Positions 12,039 to 22,100 of a stretch of 64,000 nt of DNA are shown here, piece after piece. The stretch is from positions 205,592,001-205,656,000 of the forward strand of contig NC_088793.1 in NCBI RefSeq assembly GCF_011386835.1. The letters are read 5' to 3'. Below the pieces are notes generated by a model. It saw nothing but the letters and a program-made list of their open reading frames with translations. It ran no database searches and was not told the DNA's origin. This DNA comes from Chrysemys picta bellii (taxonomy: Eukaryota). Each line of letters starts with the position of its first letter. The first letter of the stretch is position 1. The translations under genes were made by a program, and so were the position numbers.

Positions 12039-12326
12039 TCAGAGCCCGGAGCACTTGACTTGGGATCATGCTACAGGGCTACAAATAACAGTGTAGGCAT
12101 TCAGCTCAGAGCTCATGTTGGAGCCTGGGCTCGGAAACCCAGAAGGGGTTGAGCCTCCAAACTGGAGCAGGAATGTCTACACTGTTATTTTTAGCTGGAT
12201 GCAAGCCCTAGTGAGTTGATCCCAATGCCGAGACTCGCTGCTGTGGGTATTGTTTTTTGCCATTCAGACGTACCCTCAGGCCCCAATCTGCGCACACTTA
12301 CACAAGCGCTTCACTTTGCTTTACAC

Positions 12327-12557
12327 CAGGGGTTCTCAAATTGGGGGTCAGGACCCCTCAGGGGGTCACGAGGTTACTACATGGGGGGGGGGGAGGTCGC
12401 GAGCTGTCAGCCTCCATCCTAAGCCCCGCTTTGCCTCCAGCATTTATAATGGTGTTAAATATATATAAAAGTGTTTTTAATTTATAGGGGGGGGGGGTCG
12501 CACTCAGAGGCTTGCTATCTGAAAGGGGGCACCAGTACAAAAGTTTGAGAGCCGCTG
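12327..12557 (+). mobile_element. hAT-type MITE, same family, downstream of MTLN
   Basis: CAGGGGTTCTCAAA...TTTGAGAGCCGCTG; TSD CTTTACAC/CATTACAT (6/8). Confidence 0.85.
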
Positions 12558-12699
12558 CATTACATTGAGTCGGGAGGGGAGGTGGCACCACCCGCCAGAG
12601 GCTGGCCGCGTCTACACTGGAGAAAGCTGTATTCCTACCGTGTTAACACACACACACACACCTGAGGCAGGGCTTTACACACGACTTAGCCGCTGGCGG

Positions 12700-13150
12700 T
12701 AAATCCTGGCCCAGGCTCGGGCTGTGACACAAGTGAGGCCCGGGGGGGGACAGTCCGGGCCGCCCCAGGGCCCCGCCCCCAGCCAGAGCCGCGCCGCCCA
12801 AGGTCACGGCCCCGCCGCGCGCCGCTCAGGCCACGTCCAGCTTCTTCTGCGTGGCCTCCAGCAGACCCTGCAGCCGCCGCTTCCTCCAGGCCAGGAAGCG
12901 CCTGCGCACGCGGTGGGCCTGCCAGCCCACCAGCACGCCCGAGGCGAAGGCCAGCGCCAGCGCCAGCTGCACCGGCCGCTCCCGCAGCGCCTCCGAGCCC
13001 AACGCCATGCTCCTACGGCAGCCCCGCGCGCCCAAACTACCGCGGCGCGCGCGCGCCGGGCCTCTCCCAGGCGTCGGCACGCGCCCGCCTGTCGGGCCCC
13101 CTCCCGTCGCCTGGGCTCGAGGCCCGCGCGCGCCGCCACGTGGCAGGAGT
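12700..13150. promoter_or_regulatory. CpG island of MTLN with palindromic E-box GCCACGTGGC (13135-13144)
   Basis: Dense CpG over the CDS and upstream region; a perfect 10-bp palindrome lies about 130 bp upstream of the ATG. Confidence 0.6.
12826..13008 (-). CDS. MTLN: Mitoregulin micropeptide (LINC00116/SMIM37 orthologue), 60 aa, uninterrupted CDS
   Basis: MALGSEALRERPVQLALALAFASGVLVGWQAHRVRRRFLAWRKRRLQGLLEATQKKLDVA closely matches recalled human MTLN (MADVSERTLQLSVLVAFASGVLLGWQANRLRRRYLDWRKRRLQDKLAATQKKLDLA). Lies in a CpG island next to NPHP1 on the same strand, as recalled for human 2q13. Confidence 0.95.
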   Translation of the reverse strand: MALGSEALRERPVQLALALAFASGVLVGWQAHRVRRRFLAWRKRRLQGLLEATQKKLDVA

Positions 13151-13649
13151 GGCTCGTGCACACGATCCGCCCAGACGGTCCTGTGCAGCCAGCCCCATCT
13201 CTGGCTGAGGTGGCTTCTGGGCATGGGGAGAGAGGGGGGGGAGAGGATGCCCTTTTGGGCAGGTGGGGAGGGGACTTTAAAATCTGGGCTGAGGGGGTTG
13301 TCTTGGATGTCTTGTTTCCCACCCGTCCCTTCCTTGGGAGCAACTGCTTTGGCAAGCAGAGCAATGGAACAAGTGACAGCTCTTAGTGCTATTGTGTCAG
13401 GCTCTCTGCAAATTCAGGCAGACACCAGGGCATCAGTTACACCCGAGTCACATTTTCAGACCTGGGCGCTAGAAAGATAATTTTTTAAAAACAAAATTTT
13501 TTATTTCATCCCTGTTTTCAAACCCAAAAATGCAGACCAATGATTCTTGGTCCATTAACACCATCCATTTAACACATAAGTAAATCCGGATTACTTCAGA
13601 GGTGAGCATTCCTTCATTGGGTCAGACGTCCTTTTTCCTTTAGATAGCA

Positions 13650-13869
13650 CAGGGGTTCTCAAACTGGGGGTCGGGGGCCCTCAGGGGGTCATGAGGTTAT
13701 TATATGGGGAGTCGCAAGCTGTCAGCCTGCACCCCAAACCTCGCTTTGCCTCCAGCATTTATAATGGTGTTAAATATATTTAAAAGTATTTTTAATTTAG
13801 AAGGGGGGGTCACCCTCGGAGGCTTGCTCTGTGAAAGGGGTCACCAGTACAAAAGTTTGAGAACCACTG
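13650..13869 (+). mobile_element. hAT-type MITE, same family, upstream of MTLN
   Basis: CAGGGGTTCTCAAA...TTTGAGAACCACTG; perfect TSD AGATAGCA. Confidence 0.9.
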
Positions 13870-14814
13870 AGATAGCACATGCAAGGTGAAGGCAATTGCT
13901 TTCTAGCTGGCTGTTGCTTGGTCCACCTAAGAAACGTGGTGGGCCAGATTCTCCACTGGCATAACTCCAATGAGTGTAATGGAGGTAATCTGTAATGCAG
14001 GTAATCTGTTTTAATGTCTGCAGAGGATTCTATCAACACCTAGGACCGATGGGATGCAGCTATCATTTTTGACATGACAGTTTCACAATGTAAGATTCTT
14101 GTTAGATTCAAGGCTGCTGTTGGATCCAAGGATGCTCAGAGAAGCTGGGGCATGGCCCAAAGCACATTTTCTTATCTGTACTTGATGAAATGGATGTGAC
14201 CTTCCTTTCAGACATGGGCCTACATTACTTACACATTTAAACAATTTAAACCCAGACTACAAGCTTCCAGAGTCTGCTGGGGACAGGTGAAACTATGTAG
14301 GGTTCTGCCCGCACAGCCAGAAAGCGCCTCCACACACTATCAGTCACTTTTCCCACTGTTGGTCACTTTCTATAATGTGGGAATTCTCTGGCTGTTAGAT
14401 TTTTTTTGTTTCCTTCCCCCAGGCTTTTAGATTGTTCCTGAATCTATGCCACAGGGTGAACAGACAGAAGGAGGGCACTCTCACTCTGGATCAGACAGGG
14501 CAGAGCAGATTAGCTGGCGCATCTGGGCAGAGGTGAAGAAAGGTGGTGGTGCTGGGTTCTTAACAATTTCTCATTGGCTGGTCACTTGCCTTGTCTATTT
14601 AGAATTTAAACCTTTGTGGCAGGGACTATGTGTTTGTATAGCATGTAGCACATTTTGGGTGCTGCAGCAATATAATATATGGGGGTACACTGCACTGTCA
14701 GGTTCTCCTGCAATACCTACTTTCACATGTCACCAGTATCAGCACCCTATCTCTGTAATATTTGAGCACATCATGCACATGAATGAACTTACTCTTGTCA
14801 GGGCAGGACAGTGC

Positions 14815-14955
14815 TATTAACCCCCTTTTACAGATGGTGAAACTGCGGCAGAAAGAAAGCAAAGTGACTTGCCCAAGGTCACACAGGGAGTCTGTGGCAG
14901 AGCCAGGAATAAAGTTCTGATTTCCTGAGACCCAGTCCAGTGCCTTCACCACAAG
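14815..14955 (-). mobile_element. MIR-like CORE-SINE
   Basis: ttttacagatggtgaaactg...gtgacttgcccaaggtcacacag. Confidence 0.7.
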
Positions 14956-15099
14956 GCCTTGGGCCTCTCTGTCTAGGGCTAAGCATTAAGTCCACAGCTC
15001 CCCAAAAATGTAAATTAAGGTCAGTTCCTGTCGCATGGAACAGAGAGAGTATACAGGAACTGGGTGCTGAGATTGCACAGGAAAGGCAATAAGGCTAAT

Positions 15100-15295
15100 T
15101 ATCCATTGGAATAATTTACCAAGGGTCATGGTGGATTCTCCATCACTGGTAATTTTTAAATCCAAGCTGGATGTTTCTCTGAAAGATATGCTCTAGTTCA
15201 AAAGGAATTCTGTTGGGGGAGTTCTATTGCCAGTGTTATATAGGAGGTCAGACTAGATGATCACAAAGGTCCCTTCTGGCCTTGAAATCTATTGA
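15100..15295 (+). mobile_element. CR1 LINE 3' end fragment
   Basis: ggattctccatcactg...aggtcagactagatgatcac...ggtcccttctggccttgaaatctat, typical CR1 3' terminus. Confidence 0.75.
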
Positions 15296-16634
15296 ACAAG
15301 CCAACTCTAACAGGAGCAGAGAATAGCAAGCTGCCCAGTGAGGACAAAATGAGGTAGCTCAGGAGAGAGTGCAAGGGTAGCGTAATAAGAAAGCTATTAC
15401 CAGTTTTAAAAAGTAAACCACTAGAAATAACCCCGCATCACTTTTTGCAAGGTTAAGAATATTAATTTGGATGTCCTGGCTAAATTCTAACTCAAATAAT
15501 TACCCTCTGCGCAATGTAAGGGTCTGTTTGACACTTGGAATTTCCACGATGGTTAACAGGAATCAGCCAATAGCTATAGAAATATCCTTCTGTTCTTTTT
15601 GAGTTGCAATTGGGCAATATGTTCTCACACCCTATATCACAGAAACTCAGACTGACATCCATGGGGGCTGGATTGGGCCTAAAACTAGACAACAAAAATA
15701 TTTAATAGCGTTGCTTCACTTTCTTCAGATACCCCGTGCCTGAGTTTTCAAGGAGATTTAACTGTAAGAAGAAACTGAAGAGATAGTAGCAGGGATTATA
15801 ACCAGGTGCTTTTGAGCTCGAGGGATCAAAAACAAGCCAGAATTTTAAACGAAGATAATTTTGTGATCTGTAACTCAGATTGGTAACATGGAAGTGTTTT
15901 TTATATACTTCAGAGTAAATTTTACAATTTTCAGGCCAAATCTTCTGACCCAAAGTTGTAGGAGATCAAAAATTGGGTTTGATAATGGAAGCTGGCTACA
16001 ACCTTAAGAATAGAGAGTCTGCCACCTCTCTGTAATACCAGACCTCTTCAGACTGCTGAATCCAGACACTCCCAAACTCTGGGGAAGTTCAGATTTGTTT
16101 TCAAACTTTGCGGCTTGGGCACATCTCTTAGCTAAATGTTGTCAAAAGCAGGAAAGGAGAAGCCTATTGAGGCATAATGAGCAATTCACTCAATTCAGTG
16201 ATCTAAAAAGTGTTTCATTTCATTTTGCATTTACTACATATCTGACCCTGTATTATCTCTGTCCCTGCATAGATAAATGCTTTCTCAGAAGACCAAAAGG
16301 CACAGACTGCTTATGGAAATACCAAACAATCACATAGAAACAGGAGGGAGGGAAACCTCTGACTGCAAGCTGAGCTTCCTTTTCCTTTCTGCTGACACCA
16401 CACTAGCAGAGGGGCCTTCTGCAGAGGAAGGGAGAGCTGAGAACAGGAACTGATTAAGCCTGAATGTGATCCAGATTTACCACAAACCCAAGATGGCAAA
16501 TCCACGCATGCATTTCCTCTGGATTTGGTGGAGTCAATATAAATAACACCAACAATTTAGGTGCCAATTAAGGTTGCATCAGGACAGACTCCACTGACCC
16601 AAAACTTCTGATTTCCATGCTTTTAAGGTTAATC

Positions 16635-17430
16635 ACAGAGTCAGAGGTTAAAGCCAGAAGGGACCACAGATCATCTTGCCTGACCTCCTGCACATCACAG
16701 GTCACTAAACCCCACCCAGTTACCCATATAGTGAGCACAATAACCTGGACAAAAGTATTACAGCCCTCCAGAGACTAAATGACTGTGTGCCACAGGCAGA
16801 GAATAGGTGGGACTGAGGCGCACCAGTGCCCAAGCCATTGCAATGCCAGGGAATTGATTTGGTGAGATATACCTAGGAGAAATTGACCTGCATTCTTTGC
16901 GACCTTCACATCACCTATAATACTATTGAAATACCCTTCAATCTAAGGCTGTCACTTCCATCTTCAACAGTTACTGATCCATGAGAGGGCCTTCCCTCTT
17001 ATCCCAGGACTGCTTACTTTGCTGAAGAGCATTTGGTATGGGAGCTTGTCAGAGGCTTTCTGAAAGTCCAAGTACACTACATCCACTGGATCCCCCTTGT
17101 CCACATGCTTGTTGTCATCCTCAAAGAATTCTAATAGAATAGGTGAAGCATGATTTCCATTTACAAAAGCCATGTTGACTCTTCCCCAACTTACCATGTT
17201 CATCTATGTATGTGACAATTCTATCCTTTACTATAGTTTAAATCAGTTGCCTAGTACTGAAGGAAGGCTTACCGGCTTGTAACTGCCAGGATCGCACCTG
17301 TAGAACCCTGCGTGGATACAAAATGTATATCCGCGTCCGATCTGCAAACATGGTCTGCGGATATAAAGCGCCTATCCGCAGATTTACAGGGCTCTACACA
17401 TCTGGCGCCTTTTTTCAAAAATACAGCTAC
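16635..17430 (-). pseudogene. CR1 fragments (3' end 16635-16900; RT fragment about 16930-17430)
   Basis: The ORF track shows VDKGDPVDVVYLDFQKASDKLPYQ...GIRGKALSWISN, the CR1 RT LDFxKAFD motif. Confidence 0.8.
17301..17396. mobile_element. 96-bp hAT MITE inserted in a CR1 fragment
   Basis: TAGAACCCTG...CAGGGCTCTA; TSD CGCACCTG/CACATCTG. Confidence 0.7.
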
Positions 17431-17671
17431 ATACAGCGAGTTCATAGTATCAAGCAGAATTCATAATTTATAGATAGACAGACTTCCCAGATCATCACAC
17501 TAATATATGTTCTAGTATTCCTTCTTATTGTCCTTAACTCTATTGGACATAGATTTTTCAGTGATACATTTAGCTTCCCTATCACTGTCTGCATTTCATA
17601 ACTTCTAATTGATCATAATTGCAATCAACTTCCCCTTTTTACCCCATTACATAAAAAGTTAATTCCTAGAC

Positions 17672-17855
17672 AGTGGGGTCTAGTGGATAAAGTGGTGGAC
17701 TGTGACTCAGGAGATCTAAGCCCAACTTTGCCACTGATCTTGGGCAAGTCACTTCATCTCCCTGTGCCTTAACTTCCCCATCAGTAAAATGTAAAGTGCT
17801 TTGAAATCTACTGATGAAAAGCACTATGTAGGAGATAGGGATTATTATTATTATC
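17672..17855 (+). mobile_element. MIR-like CORE-SINE with (TTA)n tail
   Basis: gtggggtctagtggata...ttgggcaagtcacttcatctccctgtgcc...attattattattat. Confidence 0.7.
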
Positions 17856-18289
17856 TAAATTTCTGCCTTAACATTGCTGAGGCTGCCTTTTAAGTTTTAT
17901 GTATGAGTTTGATGAAGTTGTACAACCCTGAAGATGCTCCTACTTAAGGGTCAGCCAGCACCACAAAGTCACAGCTCCAGCACAGTTGATAATGGGGCCT
18001 ATTGTTTGAACATGTATGACAGAATGTTTCCTTGTATTAGTGTGTGTTGCCTTGCCTTAGTGTTTGACTCTGTGTATGTGTTGTGACGGGAGCGAGAGAA
18101 TAATGTGTGCTAGAGGGACTGCATGTGTGTTTTGTCATGTGTGTGAGTGCTTGTTCCATGTGTGAGTGTGTCCTTATCTGGGTATAAGAGTTTGCTGTGT
18201 GTGTGTGTTTCCTCTCTGTTGTTCAAGGTGATTAGGTGGATCAGTGTGTAAGGGTATGTTGTCTTTCGTGTGCCCATGTCAGTATAAGC

Positions 18290-18900
18290 CTCCTTCAACC
18301 TATCTGTCTGTACCCCTCCCACAGCCTCCTCATCTATCCCTGGCTCATCTCTGCCTGTCCATCTGTTCCTTGACTCCTCTTCCCCTCAACCCACTTTTTT
18401 GTCTCTGTCCTGACCCTGACTGGGATCTCCTGTCTGACCATGGCTGCCAGTGCCCCCATCTGTCTGTCCATCCAGCCCTGGCAGACCCCAGCTGCTGGCA
18501 ATTCCCGGGTGGCCCTTGTCTGTCCGTCTGGCCCTGGCTGAGTTCCTCCCTGGGCTCTCCCCTGTCTGTCTATCCCGTGTATCTGGCTGAACTTCCCTTT
18601 CCCTGTTTGTTGTCAGTCTGTCTGTGCCTGGCCAGAATCCCCTCCCTCCAGTCGGTCTGTCCCTCCATCCCTGGCCCGGCTCCCCATTTCTGTCTGTCTG
18701 TCTGTCCCTGTCTGCAGTCCCCTCCCCTAGTCTAGCCATCCATCCCTGGCCGGGCTCCCCCTTTCTGTCTGTCTGTCTGTCCCCAGTTGCCATCCCCCTC
18801 CCCCAGTCTGTCTGTCCATCCCTGGCCGGGCTCCCCCTTTCTGTCTGTCTGTCTGTCCCGGCTGCCATCCCCCCCCCAGCCCGAGCCCGCCTGTCCCGGC
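18290..18900. repeat. Pyrimidine-rich compound tandem repeat (about 75-bp unit with (TCTG)n) upstream of TPC3
   Basis: CATCCCTGGCCGGGCTCCCC-like anchor recurs at 18666, 18741 and 18817; degenerate copies lie further upstream. Confidence 0.85.
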
Positions 18901-19150
18901 CGGGCTGCCCGCGGGCTGGGAGCTGTTTCCGCTGCCCGGAGTCACGTGCGGGCGGGGTTAAAGCTCGCGGCGGGGCTCGCCGGGGATGGAGCTAGCGGTG
19001 CTCTGAGCGGAGCCGGCCCGGTTATGTCCGCCGCAGCCCGGGACCCGCCGCTCGAGCAGGAGGTAACGGGGCTCGGCGGGCGGGTGCTGGGGCCATTCGC
19101 GGGGTGCAGGGTCCCGCCGGGACTGGGATCCGCGCATCCCCCCCGGCTGC
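18880..19150 (+). promoter_or_regulatory. TPC3 CpG-island promoter: CLEAR-like GTCACGTG (18941-18948), GC box (18950-18957), uORF 18986-19006
   Basis: Sequence GGAGTCACGTGCGGGCGGGGTTAAAG followed by gggATGGAGCTAGCGGTGCTCTGA. Confidence 0.6.
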
Positions 19151-22100
19151 TGCCTGCAAGCCTGTCCCTGGGCTGCCAGCTCCCTCCCCGGAGCCTTGAT
19201 GGGCAGGTCTGCACCCCCCCCCCCATGCACGCTGGGCTGTAGGGAGGGGCTCTTTGGCCAGAACCCCCCCTTTGCAGAACAAAGCTGGCAGCCTGCCCTT
19301 TGCCCCCTGCAAAGTGCCTGCACTAACCTCCGGGCGAGGGGCCACCTGCAGGGTGTGTCCGCTGGCCACGCTTCCCGGCCCGCTCTTGGCAAGAGGGGGA
19401 AGCCCTCTCTCTACCCTTCGACCTCCCTCTAGGGACGTCTAGGGGCGCAGGGCTAGCCATGGCCTGTCAGGCTTCGGTTTGCTGAGGGAGCGGGGCCTCG
19501 GCAGCTCCATCTGCTTTTGTAGCTTTATTCCCTGTTAAGAAATTGGACAGAGACCTCTGTGTAAGGAGGCAGTGTGGTCCAGTGGCTAGAGCATGGGATT
19601 CAGTCAGGAGACAGACCTGGATTATTTCCCTGGTTCTGCGACTAGCCCTCTAAAGAGAGGGGAAGTGACTCAGTCAGTGGGTGGGGATGCCATACTGGGG
19701 TATTTTAAAAATCAGTTGCCGATGGGATCGCAGGAAGGTGATGGAGACGACAAAGGCCCTTTCTACATGGCAAAATGTTTAGTCTTCTAACTGCATTTAC
19801 TATCTATGTTCTAAGCGACACCTGCTTACAGCACTTGTCTCCTGCACTGGATAAAGTGGGGGGTTATTTCATAGGGCATGTCTACACTGCAGGCATGGGG
19901 TGGGACTGCAGCTTGTGTAGACATACCTAAACCAGCTTTAATCTTGGTTTCAGAGTAGCAGCCATGTTAGTCTGTATCCGCAAAAAGAACAGGAGTACTT
20001 GTGGCACCTTAGAGACTAACACATTTATTAGAGCATAAGCTTTCATGGGCTACAGCCCACTTCTTCAGATGCATATCTTGTTAATCTTGTTAGTTGGATT
20101 GAAGTGAAGCCACCGTAGTTTCGGTCTCCACGTGCACTGTACAAGACTTGGGGCCCTTGGTAATTACGCAGGCAGCTAGCTTGTTCTGAAGCCTCGGATG
20201 CTGCCGCTTTTCTGCTCCAGAACCTGAGCTAGCTAATGTTCGCTTGGGTCTGTCTCCATGAGCCGCTGTTACACTCGTGATTGTGGTGTAGACATACCCC
20301 TAGTGTAGCGGGTATCTTAACCATGTTACAGAAATCTACAGAAATGGCTCTGTAGTGTAGGCAGGTTGTTTGACACGTCTACAGTCAACACAATTCAGCA
20401 CATCCATCAGCAGTGCTTTTTCTGACACAACTGTGTTAGCCTGTCTGTTTCTTCCCCTCTGTACAGTGGTGTTTGTATCCATGCATGCTGGGAAATTCTG
20501 TGTAACTATTGCCTATTGCCTCAGTTGCTGCGCAAGAAGCAGCCGATGTGTGGGTGTTCTTCACAGAGCAAAGTGTATTTTGGAATGGCCTCCTACATAG
20601 GGATGACCTGGGAGACAGAGGAATGGCTAAGCTGTCTGCACAGATGTTGATTTGGGGTCCTGAGACCCGATTCATGGCCTGAGAGTTATGTTACAGCCCT
20701 GGTCATGAGCAGAGTTGAAATACAGTCCAGAGACATGGTGAGAAACCATTTGTTCACCATACTTAGGTGTCTGTTTGTGGACATGAGCAGTGTGTTGTCA
20801 ACTATGTTACAAACTCCCTCTGGGGGGAAAAAAAACAAAAACACCAGTAGAGCAGGTGGGCTTAAAGAGCCTAGAAACGAAGAGCAGGTGTCTGGGAGCA
20901 AAGAGACGTCCTTTGGCACTGCTGCAGTTCTTCATGAGATCCACTAGATGTCAGGATCTCCCTGGCTGCTCGATTACAGACCTAAAAGTCACAATATTAC
21001 AACAACAAAAACAGACTCCAAGGAGAGACTGCTGAATTGGAATTAATTTGCAAATTGGACACCATTAAATTAGGCTTGAACAAAGACTGGGAGTGGATGG
21101 GCCATTACACAAAGTAAAACTATTTCCCCATGCTTATTTCCTCCCCCCCCCCCCCCCCCCCCCCACCCCTCCAGTTCCTCATATCTCCTTGTCAATTGCT
21201 GGAAATGGGCCATTTCCCTTACGACTCCAAGCAGGTTTGTTTTCCTCTCCTGCTGATAAAAGCTCACCTTAACTGATCACTCTCTTTATAGTGTGTATAG
21301 TAACACCCATTGTTTCATGTTCTCTGTGTGTGTATGTGTGTATCTATCTATCTATAATCTTCCTACTGTATTTTCCACTCCATGCATCCGATGAAGTGGG
21401 CTGTAGCCCACAAAAGCTTATGCCCAAATAAATTTGTTAGTCTCTAAGGTGCCACAAGTACTCCTGTTTTTTTTGTAGATGTCAACAGGTTCCTTTAAGC
21501 AGTTACTTGAGAAGAAAGACCCTCAATCACTGCATTTTAATAGTTAAGCCATTAAACACCGGTGAACACTGTGGGTCCTGTAAAGTCCTGTTAGAGTACA
21601 GACTTGCAGACACAGCCAAAACTTCCTCTCGTGCCCTCTGAACTAGCGAACCTGTGTTATTGCTCTTCCATGCCACATTAACAAGGCAGATGACTACCTG
21701 GCTCAGCTGCCAAAGTGCAAGCAGCCGAGCTGACTCTTCCTTGTTTAAAGGTGACCCAGAATGCTGCTGTGTATTGGCTAAACATACTCCGTATGGAGCT
21801 TCTCCATCCGTGTGTTAAATACTTGCACTGAAATCGTCTTTCTTTGAGACGAGCATGATAAGCGAATCAGCCCCTCTGTTCTGAGTCATTCATGCAATGA
21901 CACAATTGACAGAAACTAAAGGGGGGGCTGTATTGTAAATAGTGTGTATCTGGTACAAATGCAGTGAGATGGTAGGGTGATAATTTACATGTTTCCAGGA
22001 AAGAGAATTCAGGTGTTTGAAATCTATCCTAGGATGGCAAGAATCCTAGGTAGCTCATCCCTTTGAGAACTCCACCTCCGCTTCCCCCATCCAGAGTACT

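Larger units (their letters stand above)
19874..20299. mobile_element. Putative Harbinger-type MITE hosting the solo Penelope pseudo-LTR
   Basis: GGGCATGTCTACAC...GTGTAGACATACCC. Confidence 0.65.

Noticed and set aside
11664-12152. 162-aa ORF
   Set aside because: It runs through a palindromic CpG-rich MITE and shows no recognisable protein similarity.
12724-13480. 186-220 aa overlapping ORFs around MTLN
   Set aside because: These are stop-poor GC-island frames; only the 60-aa MTLN frame is recognisable.
18244-19442. Cluster of 100-160 aa ORFs at the TPC3 promoter
   Set aside because: They derive from the pyrimidine tandem repeat and the CpG island.
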